Part shown: piece after piece, positions 48,730 to 59,189 of the stretch
How the letters are laid out: each line of letters starts with the position of its first letter
How positions within the stretch are numbered: position 1 is the stretch's first letter
Virus record (IMG/VR): IMGVR_UViG_3300005444_000002
Length of the DNA stretch: 64,000 nucleotides
Strand: one strand, 5' to 3'
From: an uncultured virus (IMG/VR IMGVR_UViG_3300005444_000002)
Lineage: Duplodnaviria > Heunggongvirae > Uroviricota > Caudoviricetes
Position numbers and translations under genes: made by a program
The notes under the pieces: generated by a model
Told to the model about the DNA's origin: nothing
The model's database searches: none
The model's input: only the letters and a program-made list of their open reading frames with translations

Positions 48730-51480
48730 TTGGGAATGGTTGATCCGAAAGGGACTAGAGTCCCTGACTTGGATGCTGACGACTCTACCCTTATTGATTT
48801 TAAGAATAAGTATTTCTCCAAGTACAACATCTGCCGTTTAGCTGAGATGCAGAGGATGTCCTTGGCTCTCCACTACCTCTATGGGAGGCAGTGGATTGAG
48901 CTAGACCAAACCCTTGTGCAAAGCGGATCTGGGTATGCCTTCAAGTCTATTGATGGGGTTGATCCCCAAATGCCCAAACCGGTTATCAACATCTGTCTCC
49001 CAGCGGTGAAGGTCGAGAACAGCAGCCTCTCTAAGAGGCAGATCATCCCCAACATCCTCCCCACCGCTAAGGACCCTAGGGTAGAAACAGCTGCGAAGGA
49101 AGCGAAGGACATCCTCCTCCATACCCTCAAGAAGAATCTGTGGCCCGAGAAGAGGGATGACCACACCACCAATACCGTTGCTACTGGTATTGGAATCATG
49201 CGTTCCTTCTGGGATGAGCCCCACACAGAGACTACTCCCACAGCCTCCCCCTTCGCAGCCAAGTGCCCCAATGAGGGATGTGGAACCATGGTGAGCAACA
49301 CCCAGGTCCCCACAGACCTCCTCATGCAGACGGCTCCTAATGCCCCTGCGACGGAGATTGAAGGGCTGGGGTTGTCGGAGTTGGAAGGCTGTCCTACTTG
49401 TGAGGAACCCACCCCTCTCCAACCCTTTGAGTTGGATGAAGAGGGAGCCAAGGGGGCGGACTTCTTTGGTCGCCCTATGGGGGAGGAGGTTGCTAAGGGG
49501 CATCCTGCTCTGGAGGTGGTGAGTCCCTTTGACTTCTACCCTTTCAACCATGGAGTGGATCAATCCCCTTCAGATTTGAGAGTGGTAGGTCAAGCCACCG
49601 TGAGGGATCTGGATTGGGTCTATGACAGATATCCTGAGGAGGCTGAGGATCTTCGTCCAGAGGATCCCCAAGAACTCCTTTCCAGACATCCCACGATGGG
49701 GTATGGGGGGATCTTCAACTCCTACTCCTCCTCTGTTGATAGCGGGATTTACGACTCCCATGTAACCATCTATGACATCGTTGCAGAGAAGTCCTACAGA
49801 TTCCCCCAGGGTCGTCTGATCCGTATCGCTGGTCAGGGCCCTGAGGGGGGGAAGGTTCTCTTCTCTGGTCCTCTCTATAGGGAGGTTGCTGGGGTGGAGG
49901 TTGCTACTGTGAAGTATGCGGTGGCGGTCCATACCCCCCAACATCGGCTCATCTGGGGGAGATCCGTTGTGGATGATCTGGTGTCCATCCAGAATCAGGT
50001 CAATGGGATCAAGTCCCAAATCATCTCAGCCAGAGAGACCCTAGGTTCCCCTAACATCCTCGCCACTGAGAACATGGACCTCTCAGAACCCTCCTGGTTT
50101 GATGCCTACTCAGGGAAGATCATGAGGTATAGCATTGATCCTCTCAATCCTCTTGCCAAACCAGAAGTCTTCGGCGGTGTCCTCTTCCCTGGTGGGGGTG
50201 AGCTTGAGCTGGACAAGCTTTTGGAACTCGCTAAGTACATTGCTGGCCCCCAGGATATCGAGCAGGGGGAAGCCCCAAGGAACATATCTACAACTTCCGG
50301 CTTGCAACTGTTGGGAGAGGCAGCCGAGAGAAGGAGGGCTGCTACTGAGAGAGCCCTCACTTTCTGCTATGAGAAGATTTGGTCCCACCAGTTGGAACTC
50401 CTCTGGGTCCTCCGTACCGAGTCAGACACCTACGAAGTAGAGGGAGAGGATGGCTCTTGGGAGGAGAAGCAGTTCTCCAGGACGAACATCCTAGGTCAAA
50501 CAAAGGTAACCATAGAGAAGCAGGCTGAGATTGACAGATCCCTCTACCAAAGAGAAGCAGCCCGAGAAGCCCAAGCCGATATGCTTTACATCGTGGATAA
50601 CGCTATTACTCGGAAGAGACTTCTGGAGCTACGTGGCTTACCTACTGATGTGAATCAGGATCTGAACTATCAAGTTGACCTCGCTAAGAGGCAATGGATC
50701 GATTATGTAGATGATGGAAAGATCCCCACTATCGATCCCTCGATTGATGACTTCCGGATCAGGTTTCAAGCCCTCGCCACCATGCTCCTCTCGGATGAAG
50801 GTCAGAGGTTGCAGGAGGAGATGGGTTGGCCTAAGACCCTTAAACAGATCGCAGGTTGGGAGCAAGAGTTAGCCAAAGCAGAGATGATGGACGATCAAGT
50901 CAGGGGGATGTATAGCGCAATCGCTCCCCCTGAGGAGAACAACAAACTCTACGCTCAGGCAATGGTTTCCTACAGTGCCCAGCAAGAAGGGATGGAGGCT
51001 CAGGGGCAACAGATGGCCTCCCAAGGAGTCGTTGGTCCCCCTCCTGCTCCCCTCCCTCCTCCCCCACCCCCGATATTCCTCCCAGCGGACAAAGCAGACC
51101 GGGTGTATGGGGTCTGGAAGCAGATGATTAATGTGGCTTTGATGAAGGTCCAGCAAGGCCCCCCTGGAGCCCCCCCTCAGGGTGTTCCCGAAATGGGTAC
51201 GACCGTTCCCAATGTGGGAATGGACCCAGGTCAGGGCCCAGGTCTCGCTCCCCTCCAAGACCCTGGTGCCCCTCAGGATGCCTTCCTAAAGTTCAGATCG
51301 GTTGTGGAGGCATACAAGCTCCTCGCTGAAAAGAAGGATCTGATGGGTATGATGGGAGCCCCCCAAGCCCCCTCCCCAGGTACTCCAGGGGGGAATCCGG
51401 GGACGGGAGGTGCTCTTCCAGGGATAGCCCCCGCTGCCCCAGTCAACCCCCCTAACCCCCAACCGCCTCAAATCACCTAA
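48730..51480 (+). CDS. Portal protein with Zn-ribbon-like insertion and Pro-rich tail
   Basis: Position after terL; VSPFDFY, WGRS.V..L..IQ..VN patterns. Confidence 0.8.
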   Translation: MGMVDPKGTRVPDLDADDSTLIDFKNKYFSKYNICRLAEMQRMSLALHYLYGRQWIELDQTLVQSGSGYAFKSIDGVDPQMPKPVINICLPAVKVENSSLSKRQIIPNILPTAKDPRVETAAKEAKDILLHTLKKNLWPEKRDDHTTNTVATGIGIMRSFWDEPHTETTPTASPFAAKCPNEGCGTMVSNTQVPTDLLMQTAPNAPATEIEGLGLSELEGCPTCEEPTPLQPFELDEEGAKGADFFGRPMGEEVAKGHPALEVVSPFDFYPFNHGVDQSPSDLRVVGQATVRDLDWVYDRYPEEAEDLRPEDPQELLSRHPTMGYGGIFNSYSSSVDSGIYDSHVTIYDIVAEKSYRFPQGRLIRIAGQGPEGGKVLFSGPLYREVAGVEVATVKYAVAVHTPQHRLIWGRSVVDDLVSIQNQVNGIKSQIISARETLGSPNILATENMDLSEPSWFDAYSGKIMRYSIDPLNPLAKPEVFGGVLFPGGGELELDKLLELAKYIAGPQDIEQGEAPRNISTTSGLQLLGEAAERRRAATERALTFCYEKIWSHQLELLWVLRTESDTYEVEGEDGSWEEKQFSRTNILGQTKVTIEKQAEIDRSLYQREAAREAQADMLYIVDNAITRKRLLELRGLPTDVNQDLNYQVDLAKRQWIDYVDDGKIPTIDPSIDDFRIRFQALATMLLSDEGQRLQEEMGWPKTLKQIAGWEQELAKAEMMDDQVRGMYSAIAPPEENNKLYAQAMVSYSAQQEGMEAQGQQMASQGVVGPPPAPLPPPPPPIFLPADKADRVYGVWKQMINVALMKVQQGPPGAPPQGVPEMGTTVPNVGMDPGQGPGLAPLQDPGAPQDAFLKFRSVVEAYKLLAEKKDLMGMMGAPQAPSPGTPGGNPGTGGALPGIAPAAPVNPPNPQPPQIT

Positions 51481-52045
51481 GAGGTATTGTGACCCGTTTC
51501 CTCAACTTCCTCCGTAGGATCCTCCCGATCCTCAGCCGTCTTCTCCCTCCTGAACGGAAGGCTTAGGGGTGTTCTCCTTCCTCATTCATCTCATCTTCCT
51601 CTTCGCCACATTCCTCATCATTTACTAATCGTTACACGTTGTTATTTAACTGCCCCTTTATGGGGAAGAAGGAGTCCCCCTAATGGGAGAAGAGAGATGG
51701 TGGGATCAGGCTACCCGGAGCTGGAAGACGAGGGGTACTAAGTCTGATAGTGAACTAGCTGATGCTAAGGCGAAGGAACAATTCCAGGACACCTCCACCC
51801 TCATTAAAGCTGCTGAGGATAACAAGGCGAAGTCGGCCACCTCCACCCCTGTAGAGGACAGTCCCCTCGTTGCAGCCTCAAAGAAAGCAGCCAAGGCCCG
51901 GAAGGCTGCCCAGATATCCGCTCTCAGCCAGTAACCCCCTATCCTTATATATAGGTCGTAGAGAAGTGCCCCTTTAGAGGGGGATGTTACTCTTAACTTA
52001 TCCAGCCTCAGGGACTACCCCTGAGCGGAAAGGTCCAACCACAAT

Positions 52046-53152
52046 ATGTCAGACGAAGCAAATGATGAGGGTGATGTTGTCCTTCATCTAGACGATGATC
52101 CCACCCCCGAGTCTACCCCGGAGGAGGGACCTCAGGATGATGTAGCTGATTCTGAGGATGAAGACCCTGCTACTCCAACCGAAGAAGAGCCTGAGGAACC
52201 GGTTAAGGCTACCCAGGGTCGTAGCCCCAAGTTCCAGAAACTTCTTGCGAAGTATGGTGGGGATGAAGATAAGCTAGCTGACGCGATCTTTGAGCAATAC
52301 AACTCCGCATCAACCCTTCATGGGAAGATCCGGGAGTTGGAAGCAAGGATCAACACCCCTAGCAAACCCAAACCCCCCGCTGAAGACCATCCAGATATAA
52401 AGGCTCTCAAGAGCGATATCGCCTCTCAGGAACAGAGGTTCAAGACCGCTGAACTAAGGCAGCAACAGATTCTCCAGGTTATCTCAACCGTTAAGGAAGA
52501 GGTGGCTGCCAAAAAAGGAGAACTGAGGAGAGCGGATCCAGATGAGAAGCATTCCATCCAGAGAGAGATCTCTGACCTGGAATCTCGTATGGCTCTCCTC
52601 TCCACCGATTGGTATTCCCAAGAGGATCGTAAAGGGGATATTCAATATCGTCATAAGTCCCTAGAACGGGAACTGAAAGCAGCGGAAAGAGCCGTCCAAT
52701 CTGAGCTGGCACAGAAGTCCAATCAGGATGCCCAGAATCAAGTCACCCAGGAGGAGATTGCTAACACCTTCAAAGGTATCGCAACCTCCAGAGCCAAAGC
52801 AGCTGGGATAGAGGATCCCGAGGTCTTAGAGTATTTTCACAACACAGCTAGAGCGGAAGCCATTGCGTATCTCCGCACTCCAGGGGCACAGAGCCTAGAC
52901 TTTGACAAGTTCATAAGTCAAAGGCTTGTTCCCTTCCTGAAGTTCGTAGGTATGGGCAAGAAGACTACCTTCACTAAAGCCAGTACCGAAAAACTTCAGG
53001 CAGCTGGGAAACCAACCCAACCCACTAAGATCCCCCCTCGCCCCTCTTCCTCCCCTGTGATCAAGATTGATAGTAAGGGTGTCCCACAATTCCCCAAAGG
53101 ACCCTTAACGGTGGAGCAAGCAAAGGCCTTCACCAAGTCCATGTTGGGGTAA
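52046..53152 (+). CDS. Scaffolding protein
   Basis: Acidic N-terminus, long coiled coil, directly upstream of the capsid gene. Confidence 0.7.
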   Translation: MSDEANDEGDVVLHLDDDPTPESTPEEGPQDDVADSEDEDPATPTEEEPEEPVKATQGRSPKFQKLLAKYGGDEDKLADAIFEQYNSASTLHGKIRELEARINTPSKPKPPAEDHPDIKALKSDIASQEQRFKTAELRQQQILQVISTVKEEVAAKKGELRRADPDEKHSIQREISDLESRMALLSTDWYSQEDRKGDIQYRHKSLERELKAAERAVQSELAQKSNQDAQNQVTQEEIANTFKGIATSRAKAAGIEDPEVLEYFHNTARAEAIAYLRTPGAQSLDFDKFISQRLVPFLKFVGMGKKTTFTKASTEKLQAAGKPTQPTKIPPRPSSSPVIKIDSKGVPQFPKGPLTVEQAKAFTKSMLG

Positions 53153-53167
53153 TCGGAGTAGCACATT

Positions 53168-54469
53168 ATGTCTGCTGGTATCTTTACCTCTATCACGACC
53201 TCGCTCAAGAATACTTACACAAATAAAATCGTTGAGCCGATGGTTAATGAATCGGCCCCTTTCCGTAAGTGGCTTTCCAAGAATACCCCTGCTGGTGGTT
53301 TCGTTAGTGGTGGTGCAGGTATTCTGAAGTTTGCTGGAAACTTGGCCCCTGAACAGAACGTTGGTCAGCTCCTGGATAGCGGAACCCTCCCCCCCACGAA
53401 GGATCGTTCTGATGTCCAGTTCACCCTCACCCCGACCATCTTTGCAGCTGCAGTTGAACTGGGATGGTTGACCCGGAGTGCTGCATCCTCGGATAAGGGT
53501 GCATTCAATGGTGGAGAACTCCGGAGGAGAACCAATGATGGTATCTCCGCTCTGGGGAAGTTTATCGAATCCACTTATGTTGGTACGCATGGTACTGGTC
53601 GTAGGGCCAGGGTCTCCACTGACGGTACCTCTACCTTCGTTGCAGCCCTCCCCGAGGGAACTCGGTTGCTTCGTAGGAATATGTACATCACCGCTCGAAC
53701 GACTGATGGTGGAGCCACTGTTCGTGACACTGTTGACCTCAGGTTGATCACGGCTATCAATCACTCTACCCGTACCGTCACCTATGATGGTGCAGATCAG
53801 ACCTTGGTTGCTGGGGATCATATCCATGTGGTCAATGAGGCAGCTCAGTCCTTCGTTACCAATCCCTTCGCTAACGGTCTTCGTGGTCTTGTCGATGACG
53901 CCACCTATGCTGCCTCCATCCATGGTCTTGCTCGGGTTACCTACCCCGAGTTGAATGCCACTGTTTCCTCCAATGGTGGAACCCTCCGATCCCTCTCCGA
54001 AGGGATGATGATCCAGCTTGTTCATGAAATCCTGGCCCGTACCGGAAAGCCCATCACCGCCATCTGGGCTCCTGAAGGGCAGATCCAGAAGTATGTGGAA
54101 TTCGTTGCTCCTGATCGTAGGAATGTGAGGACTGGTAAGTCGGATACGGGGAATATGGCCACTGGGTATAGGGAAGAGGACTTGCTCTTCTATGCTCCGG
54201 GGATTGCTGTTCCGATCAAGACTTCCTTTGACATGGTCGCAAGGGAGATGTACTTCCTCAATGAGGATTCCTTCTTCCACTATGTTGCGAAAGAACTTGG
54301 TTGGCAGGAGGGGGCAGGTAAGGACCTTCTGCAACTCATCCCTGCGACTGCCGGCTATAAGGCAGGTTATTTAGGCTACATTACGGCTTTGGAAAATATA
54401 GGCAACGATTTTCCGATGTCTAATGGAGTAATGAGAGACTTGAAGGATCCAAGCGTGGGTGACAGCTAA
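53168..54469 (+). CDS. Major capsid protein
   Basis: 433 aa; LK..Y N-terminus, GL.GL.D and HGL.R..YP motifs; synteny. Confidence 0.8.
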   Translation: MSAGIFTSITTSLKNTYTNKIVEPMVNESAPFRKWLSKNTPAGGFVSGGAGILKFAGNLAPEQNVGQLLDSGTLPPTKDRSDVQFTLTPTIFAAAVELGWLTRSAASSDKGAFNGGELRRRTNDGISALGKFIESTYVGTHGTGRRARVSTDGTSTFVAALPEGTRLLRRNMYITARTTDGGATVRDTVDLRLITAINHSTRTVTYDGADQTLVAGDHIHVVNEAAQSFVTNPFANGLRGLVDDATYAASIHGLARVTYPELNATVSSNGGTLRSLSEGMMIQLVHEILARTGKPITAIWAPEGQIQKYVEFVAPDRRNVRTGKSDTGNMATGYREEDLLFYAPGIAVPIKTSFDMVAREMYFLNEDSFFHYVAKELGWQEGAGKDLLQLIPATAGYKAGYLGYITALENIGNDFPMSNGVMRDLKDPSVGDS

Positions 54470-54478
54470 ATAGTCAAT

Positions 54479-54512
54479 AGCAGGGCCTAGTTACAATACA
54501 CTGGGCCCTGCT
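54479..54512. terminator. Hairpin between capsid gene and convergent HNH gene
   Basis: AGCAGGGCCTAGT-8nt-ACTGGGCCCTGCT. Confidence 0.6.
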
Positions 54513-54515
54513 TAG

Positions 54516-54963
54516 TTAGATGTGTTTCCAGTTCACTCGATTGATGATTGGATATACGATCCAGCGGTGGATGTTGAAATGTGCAGCAATGTCTTTTGGT
54601 TTGACTCCTTCGCTATGTAGCCGACGTATTTTCTAAAACGATCTCGGTTGTCAATTTGGCATGAGCGTGTCTCTCGCCAAGACCCCAACGATGCCTTCCC
54701 TTGTTTCGCATATCTTGGAGGTTGTCCTGCTGGGTTCCAAGGAAGAGGTGGTCTGGTCTCACGCAGGGGGGATTGTCGCATTTGTGTAATACCGACATTC
54801 CCTTTGGAATTGGACCGTAGTGCAATTCCCAGGACACCCGGTGAGTGCCCTTGATACCAGCCTTGCGACTGCCCATTGAGAGTTGTCCGTAGCCTCTAAG
54901 TCGTCTGCCTGTCCATATCCAGCATGTCTCAGTCTTCTTGACGTTTTTCCAGAATCGTTCCAT
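54516..54963 (-). pseudogene. Antisense-inserted HNH endonuclease with +1 frameshift before the C-terminal HTH
   Basis: HNH motif intact; removing one base of the run at 54629-54632 gives AKLTTEIVLEIRRLHSEG...IINRVNWKHI ending at 54516. Confidence 0.8.
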
Positions 54964-55153
54964 CCAGACAAGCTAGCAAACAGAGCTTGTCCCAATGCAA
55001 CTGTAATAGTTCCGTAATACCTAGGGACCACCAGCTCCCTCCTCCCTCCCGATCTTCGGGAAGCTCTATACGAGCAGCGTCCTCCTTCTCGGGGGGACAA
55101 GGGGACGAAGGACACTTACTCCCTCTGAGCCCATTGGGCGAAGGAAATCATAA

Positions 55154-56041
55154 ATGCCGCGTAATCAGCGTCCCCTCCGTTACACTTTCCCCTATCAGCT
55201 CCACCCCAACTTCACCGGGCGTAAGTATGCCCGCGAGGTTCTCTCTGGGGTTCACCCTCAGATCACCAGAAGTTCTTCCTCCATCACCGCTCTCCCCACT
55301 GCCTCAGCTGCCCAGGTTAGTCAGATCCGTACCCCTGCTGGGTACATGATCGAAATGTACCAAAGCACGGCCCAAACTTTACAGCCTGTATCTCATGCGA
55401 CTAAGGGATTGGTTCTGGATGGGGATCAGGTTGATGATGAGAGTGCTGAGTATGTCATTGGCGGGAACTACACCACCAACCCCTATGCGATGGTTGTTGG
55501 GACGGATTCAGACTTCTTCTTCAGGGCAACCTTGGAGATCACCGATGCATCTGGATCCGACCAGCTTCTCGTTGGTTGGAGGTTAGTCCAAACCTATCAG
55601 GTCCCCGTCTCCTTCCTCACCACTGGGGATGCTGGGTATACTGACTTTGCTGCTATTGGTTTCTGTGCTACCAAGGCCAATCCGAATCCCGTTGGTACCG
55701 CCACCGACCTCAACAATGCAGGCTCCACCATTGCCTCTCCCATCACTTTCACTTGGGCTGATACCCTCACCCATCAATTGGAGGTCAGGGTTGTTGGGGG
55801 GAAGGCTGTCTATCTTATCAATGGTGTGAGGTTAGGTGGGGTGGTTGCCTTCGATGGTAACGGTGCGGCTATCACCGCACAGACCACCATTGCTTCCCCT
55901 TCCTTTACGTTCGATAGTGGAGACACCCTGGTCCCTTTCATCTTCGTTCGTCAGGATGCTGACCTCCTGGATGCCTGTTACCTCAAGTCCTTCGAGGTTG
56001 GGCATCTTGTTGATATCGGACTCGATCCTAACAACGAGTAA
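55154..56041 (+). CDS. Putative capsid decoration/minor structural protein
   Basis: Beta-rich; follows the capsid gene; AAGGA RBS. Confidence 0.5.
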   Translation: MPRNQRPLRYTFPYQLHPNFTGRKYAREVLSGVHPQITRSSSSITALPTASAAQVSQIRTPAGYMIEMYQSTAQTLQPVSHATKGLVLDGDQVDDESAEYVIGGNYTTNPYAMVVGTDSDFFFRATLEITDASGSDQLLVGWRLVQTYQVPVSFLTTGDAGYTDFAAIGFCATKANPNPVGTATDLNNAGSTIASPITFTWADTLTHQLEVRVVGGKAVYLINGVRLGGVVAFDGNGAAITAQTTIASPSFTFDSGDTLVPFIFVRQDADLLDACYLKSFEVGHLVDIGLDPNNE

Positions 56042-56178
56042 CCTTTCAATGCCCTGATGGCCCTAGATGGGTTGTTGGGGCTCCATCTTTCGCTTGCCCT
56101 GCAAGAGAGCAATTTCTCGCAGACCCTCCAGGGTTGGGCAGGCGGCCACTTTCTCATAAGGGGATACAAGAGAATCAT

Positions 56179-56865
56179 ATGGCCATACAACCGTCTTGGG
56201 TAGAGCAAGCTCGCCTTAAGCGTGCGAGGAGGATCCAACAGGATCAGGAACAAGCCCCCAAGCTGAGTTGGAATGTGGCGAACAGTTTTCATACTGCCCC
56301 AGGTTACCGTCAACTGAGTGTTGAATACTCTTGTATCCCCGATTCCCTCTACCCCCCAGAGAAGGAGGTTCTTCAGGCTGTAAAGAGGATTGCTCCTGAC
56401 CTGGAATATATGTGGGTCAGGTGGGTGATGCTCTCCCCCTCCAATACTGGGAATCCTCAGGTGGAGGTCTTCGGTAGACATGCCTTAGGTAGACGTGTCA
56501 GTGATCCCCACAACACTCTCCCTTATCTCCCCATTACCCTCCCCTCAGGGATGACCTCCAGGAGGAAGCCCAATAGGATCCACAGAATCTTCCAGAACAT
56601 GTACTCCAAGGAACCTTGTGGGATAGGTGGTTACCTCCCCTTTGATTGGAATGTCTACTACTGGATAGCAGAGACCTACAAGGAAGCCACAGCAAAGGAT
56701 CTCTTCAGGATCTATGCCCAGGAACCTGAGGACGAGAAGCAGAAGAGGGATCTCTCCAGGCAGGAGCAGTTTGGTTACATGCAGAGGGATATCGGTGGGT
56801 GGGTGCAAAGGCAGTTAGACAGTGCGTCTGAGTTGGAAGTGAAAGAACATTTCCTAGGTAACTAG
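56179..56865 (+). CDS. Hypothetical late protein
   Basis: ATG at 56179 preferred over TTG at 56134. Confidence 0.55.
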   Translation: MAIQPSWVEQARLKRARRIQQDQEQAPKLSWNVANSFHTAPGYRQLSVEYSCIPDSLYPPEKEVLQAVKRIAPDLEYMWVRWVMLSPSNTGNPQVEVFGRHALGRRVSDPHNTLPYLPITLPSGMTSRRKPNRIHRIFQNMYSKEPCGIGGYLPFDWNVYYWIAETYKEATAKDLFRIYAQEPEDEKQKRDLSRQEQFGYMQRDIGGWVQRQLDSASELEVKEHFLGN

Positions 56866-56893
56866 AGAAGGGTCTACCCCTTTAGGAGTCAAT

Positions 56894-57712
56894 TTGTCCT
56901 CAACCGCTACGATTAATACGGAAATCCTTGGCCTTATCAGACATAAGAGAGAGTATCTCCTCATTTCAGGAGCAGACGAAGCCGTTACCATAGCATTCGA
57001 TGGGATGGAATACACCGTACCGGAGCAGAACACTATTAAGTATCCCCACCCCAAGTTCTCCGATGTCCCCTGCTCGGGGAAGGACTCCTCGGGGGAGTGG
57101 ATCCCTGGATCTCTTGTCCTAGGGGACATTGAGGATAGTAGGGGTATGTGTGATGGCAGGAATGATGGAGGGATCTGGCAAGCAGGTTCAGCCATCGTGG
57201 CTGCTTTAGGGATTGATAGGAACTCTGGAGTGGCCTCTGGCCCGATCTTCCAGAAGGGCATCTCCCTCCTCCCCATGAACCCTTCCCCTGAGCAGATTGA
57301 TGTGGCTAGGGAGGAAGGGAGGGAGAGGTACCTATCCTGGAAGCTGGATTGGGCTAATACCTTCCTCAAGTACATAGAGGACAAGACCGCTAAGAGGCAA
57401 CAGCTGGGGCTTTCCACCCTCGGGGTTGGTCCGGATGAACTCAGGGAGAGGAACCTTGCTAACAAGATCCTGGAGAGGGCTGGAGCCTTGATCGAACCTG
57501 CCAAACCCCTAGAGGAGGAATCCTCCATGGAAGCCTTTGCTGAGCATGCAGCGAAGGAATTGGCAGCGGTTCAGGTGGCCAAGACCCCTGAGTTGGATCT
57601 GGATGCCCTTGTGAAGAACCTGATGAGTAATGGGGCCTTTAGGGAAGCTGCCAGGAAGAACTATCGCATCAGGAAGAATCGGAAGAGGAATGGTCCTGAA
57701 GTGGAGGCTTAA
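56894..57712 (+). CDS. Hypothetical late protein
   Basis: AGGAG RBS; coupled to the next gene. Confidence 0.55.
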   Translation: MSSTATINTEILGLIRHKREYLLISGADEAVTIAFDGMEYTVPEQNTIKYPHPKFSDVPCSGKDSSGEWIPGSLVLGDIEDSRGMCDGRNDGGIWQAGSAIVAALGIDRNSGVASGPIFQKGISLLPMNPSPEQIDVAREEGRERYLSWKLDWANTFLKYIEDKTAKRQQLGLSTLGVGPDELRERNLANKILERAGALIEPAKPLEEESSMEAFAEHAAKELAAVQVAKTPELDLDALVKNLMSNGAFREAARKNYRIRKNRKRNGPEVEA

Positions 57713-58404
57713 TGGCAACAGGGAAGGGCTTGATAGATATCATCCTCAAGTATGAGGATTCTCTCTCTAGCGTAGACGCTGACAATACTGTTAGAAGGGG
57801 GAGGATTCGTCAGGCCATTCAGGAGACCACAGATGACGTGTGGAATAGCTCCGACTTCCCCTTCAAGTATGTCTTCGAACCTGAGGCCCTCACTGTCGAT
57901 ACCTCTGGTAGATGTGCTGTGCCGAGTGATTTTGCTGATATTGGAATACAGGGAGGTCTCTACCTAGTCTCAAACGGAAGGCTCCTGAGTGAGGTTCCTC
58001 CGCAGTTTGTTTCCTCTACCAAAGAGGCTACTAATAGAAGTGGGTCTATGTATGTGTACAGTTCTTTTGGGTTCAACCAAGGGATCAAGATCCTTCAATT
58101 CCCCTCACAGTTGATTGGTGCTGCTCTTCATCTTTACTACATGACCATCCCTCCAACCATTCTCGATGCGGATAATGTGACTGTAGGGGATGTGACTACA
58201 TATAGTGGGAGTGAGCGGATCCCTTCCCAGTATCACAACACGGTAATTATCCCTGGAGCAAGGGCAAAGTTGAAGAAGTCCAAGGGGGATATGCGTGATT
58301 TCCTTAGTGAGTATAAGCGAGGTCTTGCCTACATGATCTCCAGAGAAAGACCCAGACGTTCTACGGTGCAACGTCTCCCTTACGCCCTTGGAGGGGCATG
58401 GTAA
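57712..58404 (+). CDS. Head-to-tail adaptor-like protein
   Basis: W....FPF...PSDF...Y...PP...IP.QYH pattern; size and synteny. Confidence 0.65.
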   Translation: MATGKGLIDIILKYEDSLSSVDADNTVRRGRIRQAIQETTDDVWNSSDFPFKYVFEPEALTVDTSGRCAVPSDFADIGIQGGLYLVSNGRLLSEVPPQFVSSTKEATNRSGSMYVYSSFGFNQGIKILQFPSQLIGAALHLYYMTIPPTILDADNVTVGDVTTYSGSERIPSQYHNTVIIPGARAKLKKSKGDMRDFLSEYKRGLAYMISRERPRRSTVQRLPYALGGAW

Positions 58405-59189
58405 TGAGAAAGTACCTTCTAGCTCTCCTAGCTCTCCTCCTGATCCCCCTTGGGGGAGTACAGGGAGCAGAGCAGAGAACCGCCTCCTTTGCCATCCTCT
58501 ATGACCTGGATGCTACAGCTATCACCTACCCGATCGTTACTGGGGTAGGCGGATCCCCTTGGGGGGCTCCTATGGTAGGACCCTCCAGGATTCAGACCAC
58601 AGGAACCTCTGCCTCTGTTACAGAGAGTGTGGTTGGGGCTAATCCCTTCACAGAACTTTCTGTTGGGGATCTGCTCATGGTCAACCTTCAGGATGGGACT
58701 ACAGATCTCAGGGTGATCATCACCAGGACCGATGCAGCCAATATCATCCTCAACACTACGGTTACTTGGTCCCAAACTGGAGGAGTTGCTTGGAGATGGC
58801 TGAAGCAAACCACAGGGACAGCTGCCACTAATGGATGGATTGATATCTCAGGGTTGGATGATGTGGTGATGACTGTCTATATGGATCAGGTCAACATCAC
58901 AGGTGGGTTGGATATGAGGTGGGAGTGTAGGGCTGCTGGGCCTAATTCCCAGGCTGTGATCGTCTACCCCGGGGAGAGTGATGGTTGTGGGGCAGCGGGG
59001 ACTCTTGGGACGAATGTATGCAACCTGACTGGTACAGCTGGGATCACCTCTGGGTTGGCCTTGGTGGTTAGTGAACCTTGGAGTGCTTGTAGGTTGGGGA
59101 TGTTTATCCATACCGCTGATGATGGGGCTGATACTACAACGGCTAGGGAACAGATCACCGCTACCCTTACTGGGAGAGTCCGTAGGTGA
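58404..59189 (+). CDS. Structural-type beta protein with N-terminal signal peptide
   Basis: MRKYLLALLALLLIPLGGVQGA; T/G/V-rich body. Confidence 0.6.
   Translation: MRKYLLALLALLLIPLGGVQGAEQRTASFAILYDLDATAITYPIVTGVGGSPWGAPMVGPSRIQTTGTSASVTESVVGANPFTELSVGDLLMVNLQDGTTDLRVIITRTDAANIILNTTVTWSQTGGVAWRWLKQTTGTAATNGWIDISGLDDVVMTVYMDQVNITGGLDMRWECRAAGPNSQAVIVYPGESDGCGAAGTLGTNVCNLTGTAGITSGLALVVSEPWSACRLGMFIHTADDGADTTTAREQITATLTGRVRR

Noticed and set aside
53105..54334. 409-aa antisense ORF over the capsid gene, and similar long antisense ORFs over portal, integrase and protease genes
   Set aside because: Shadow frames of well-supported genes, with no motifs
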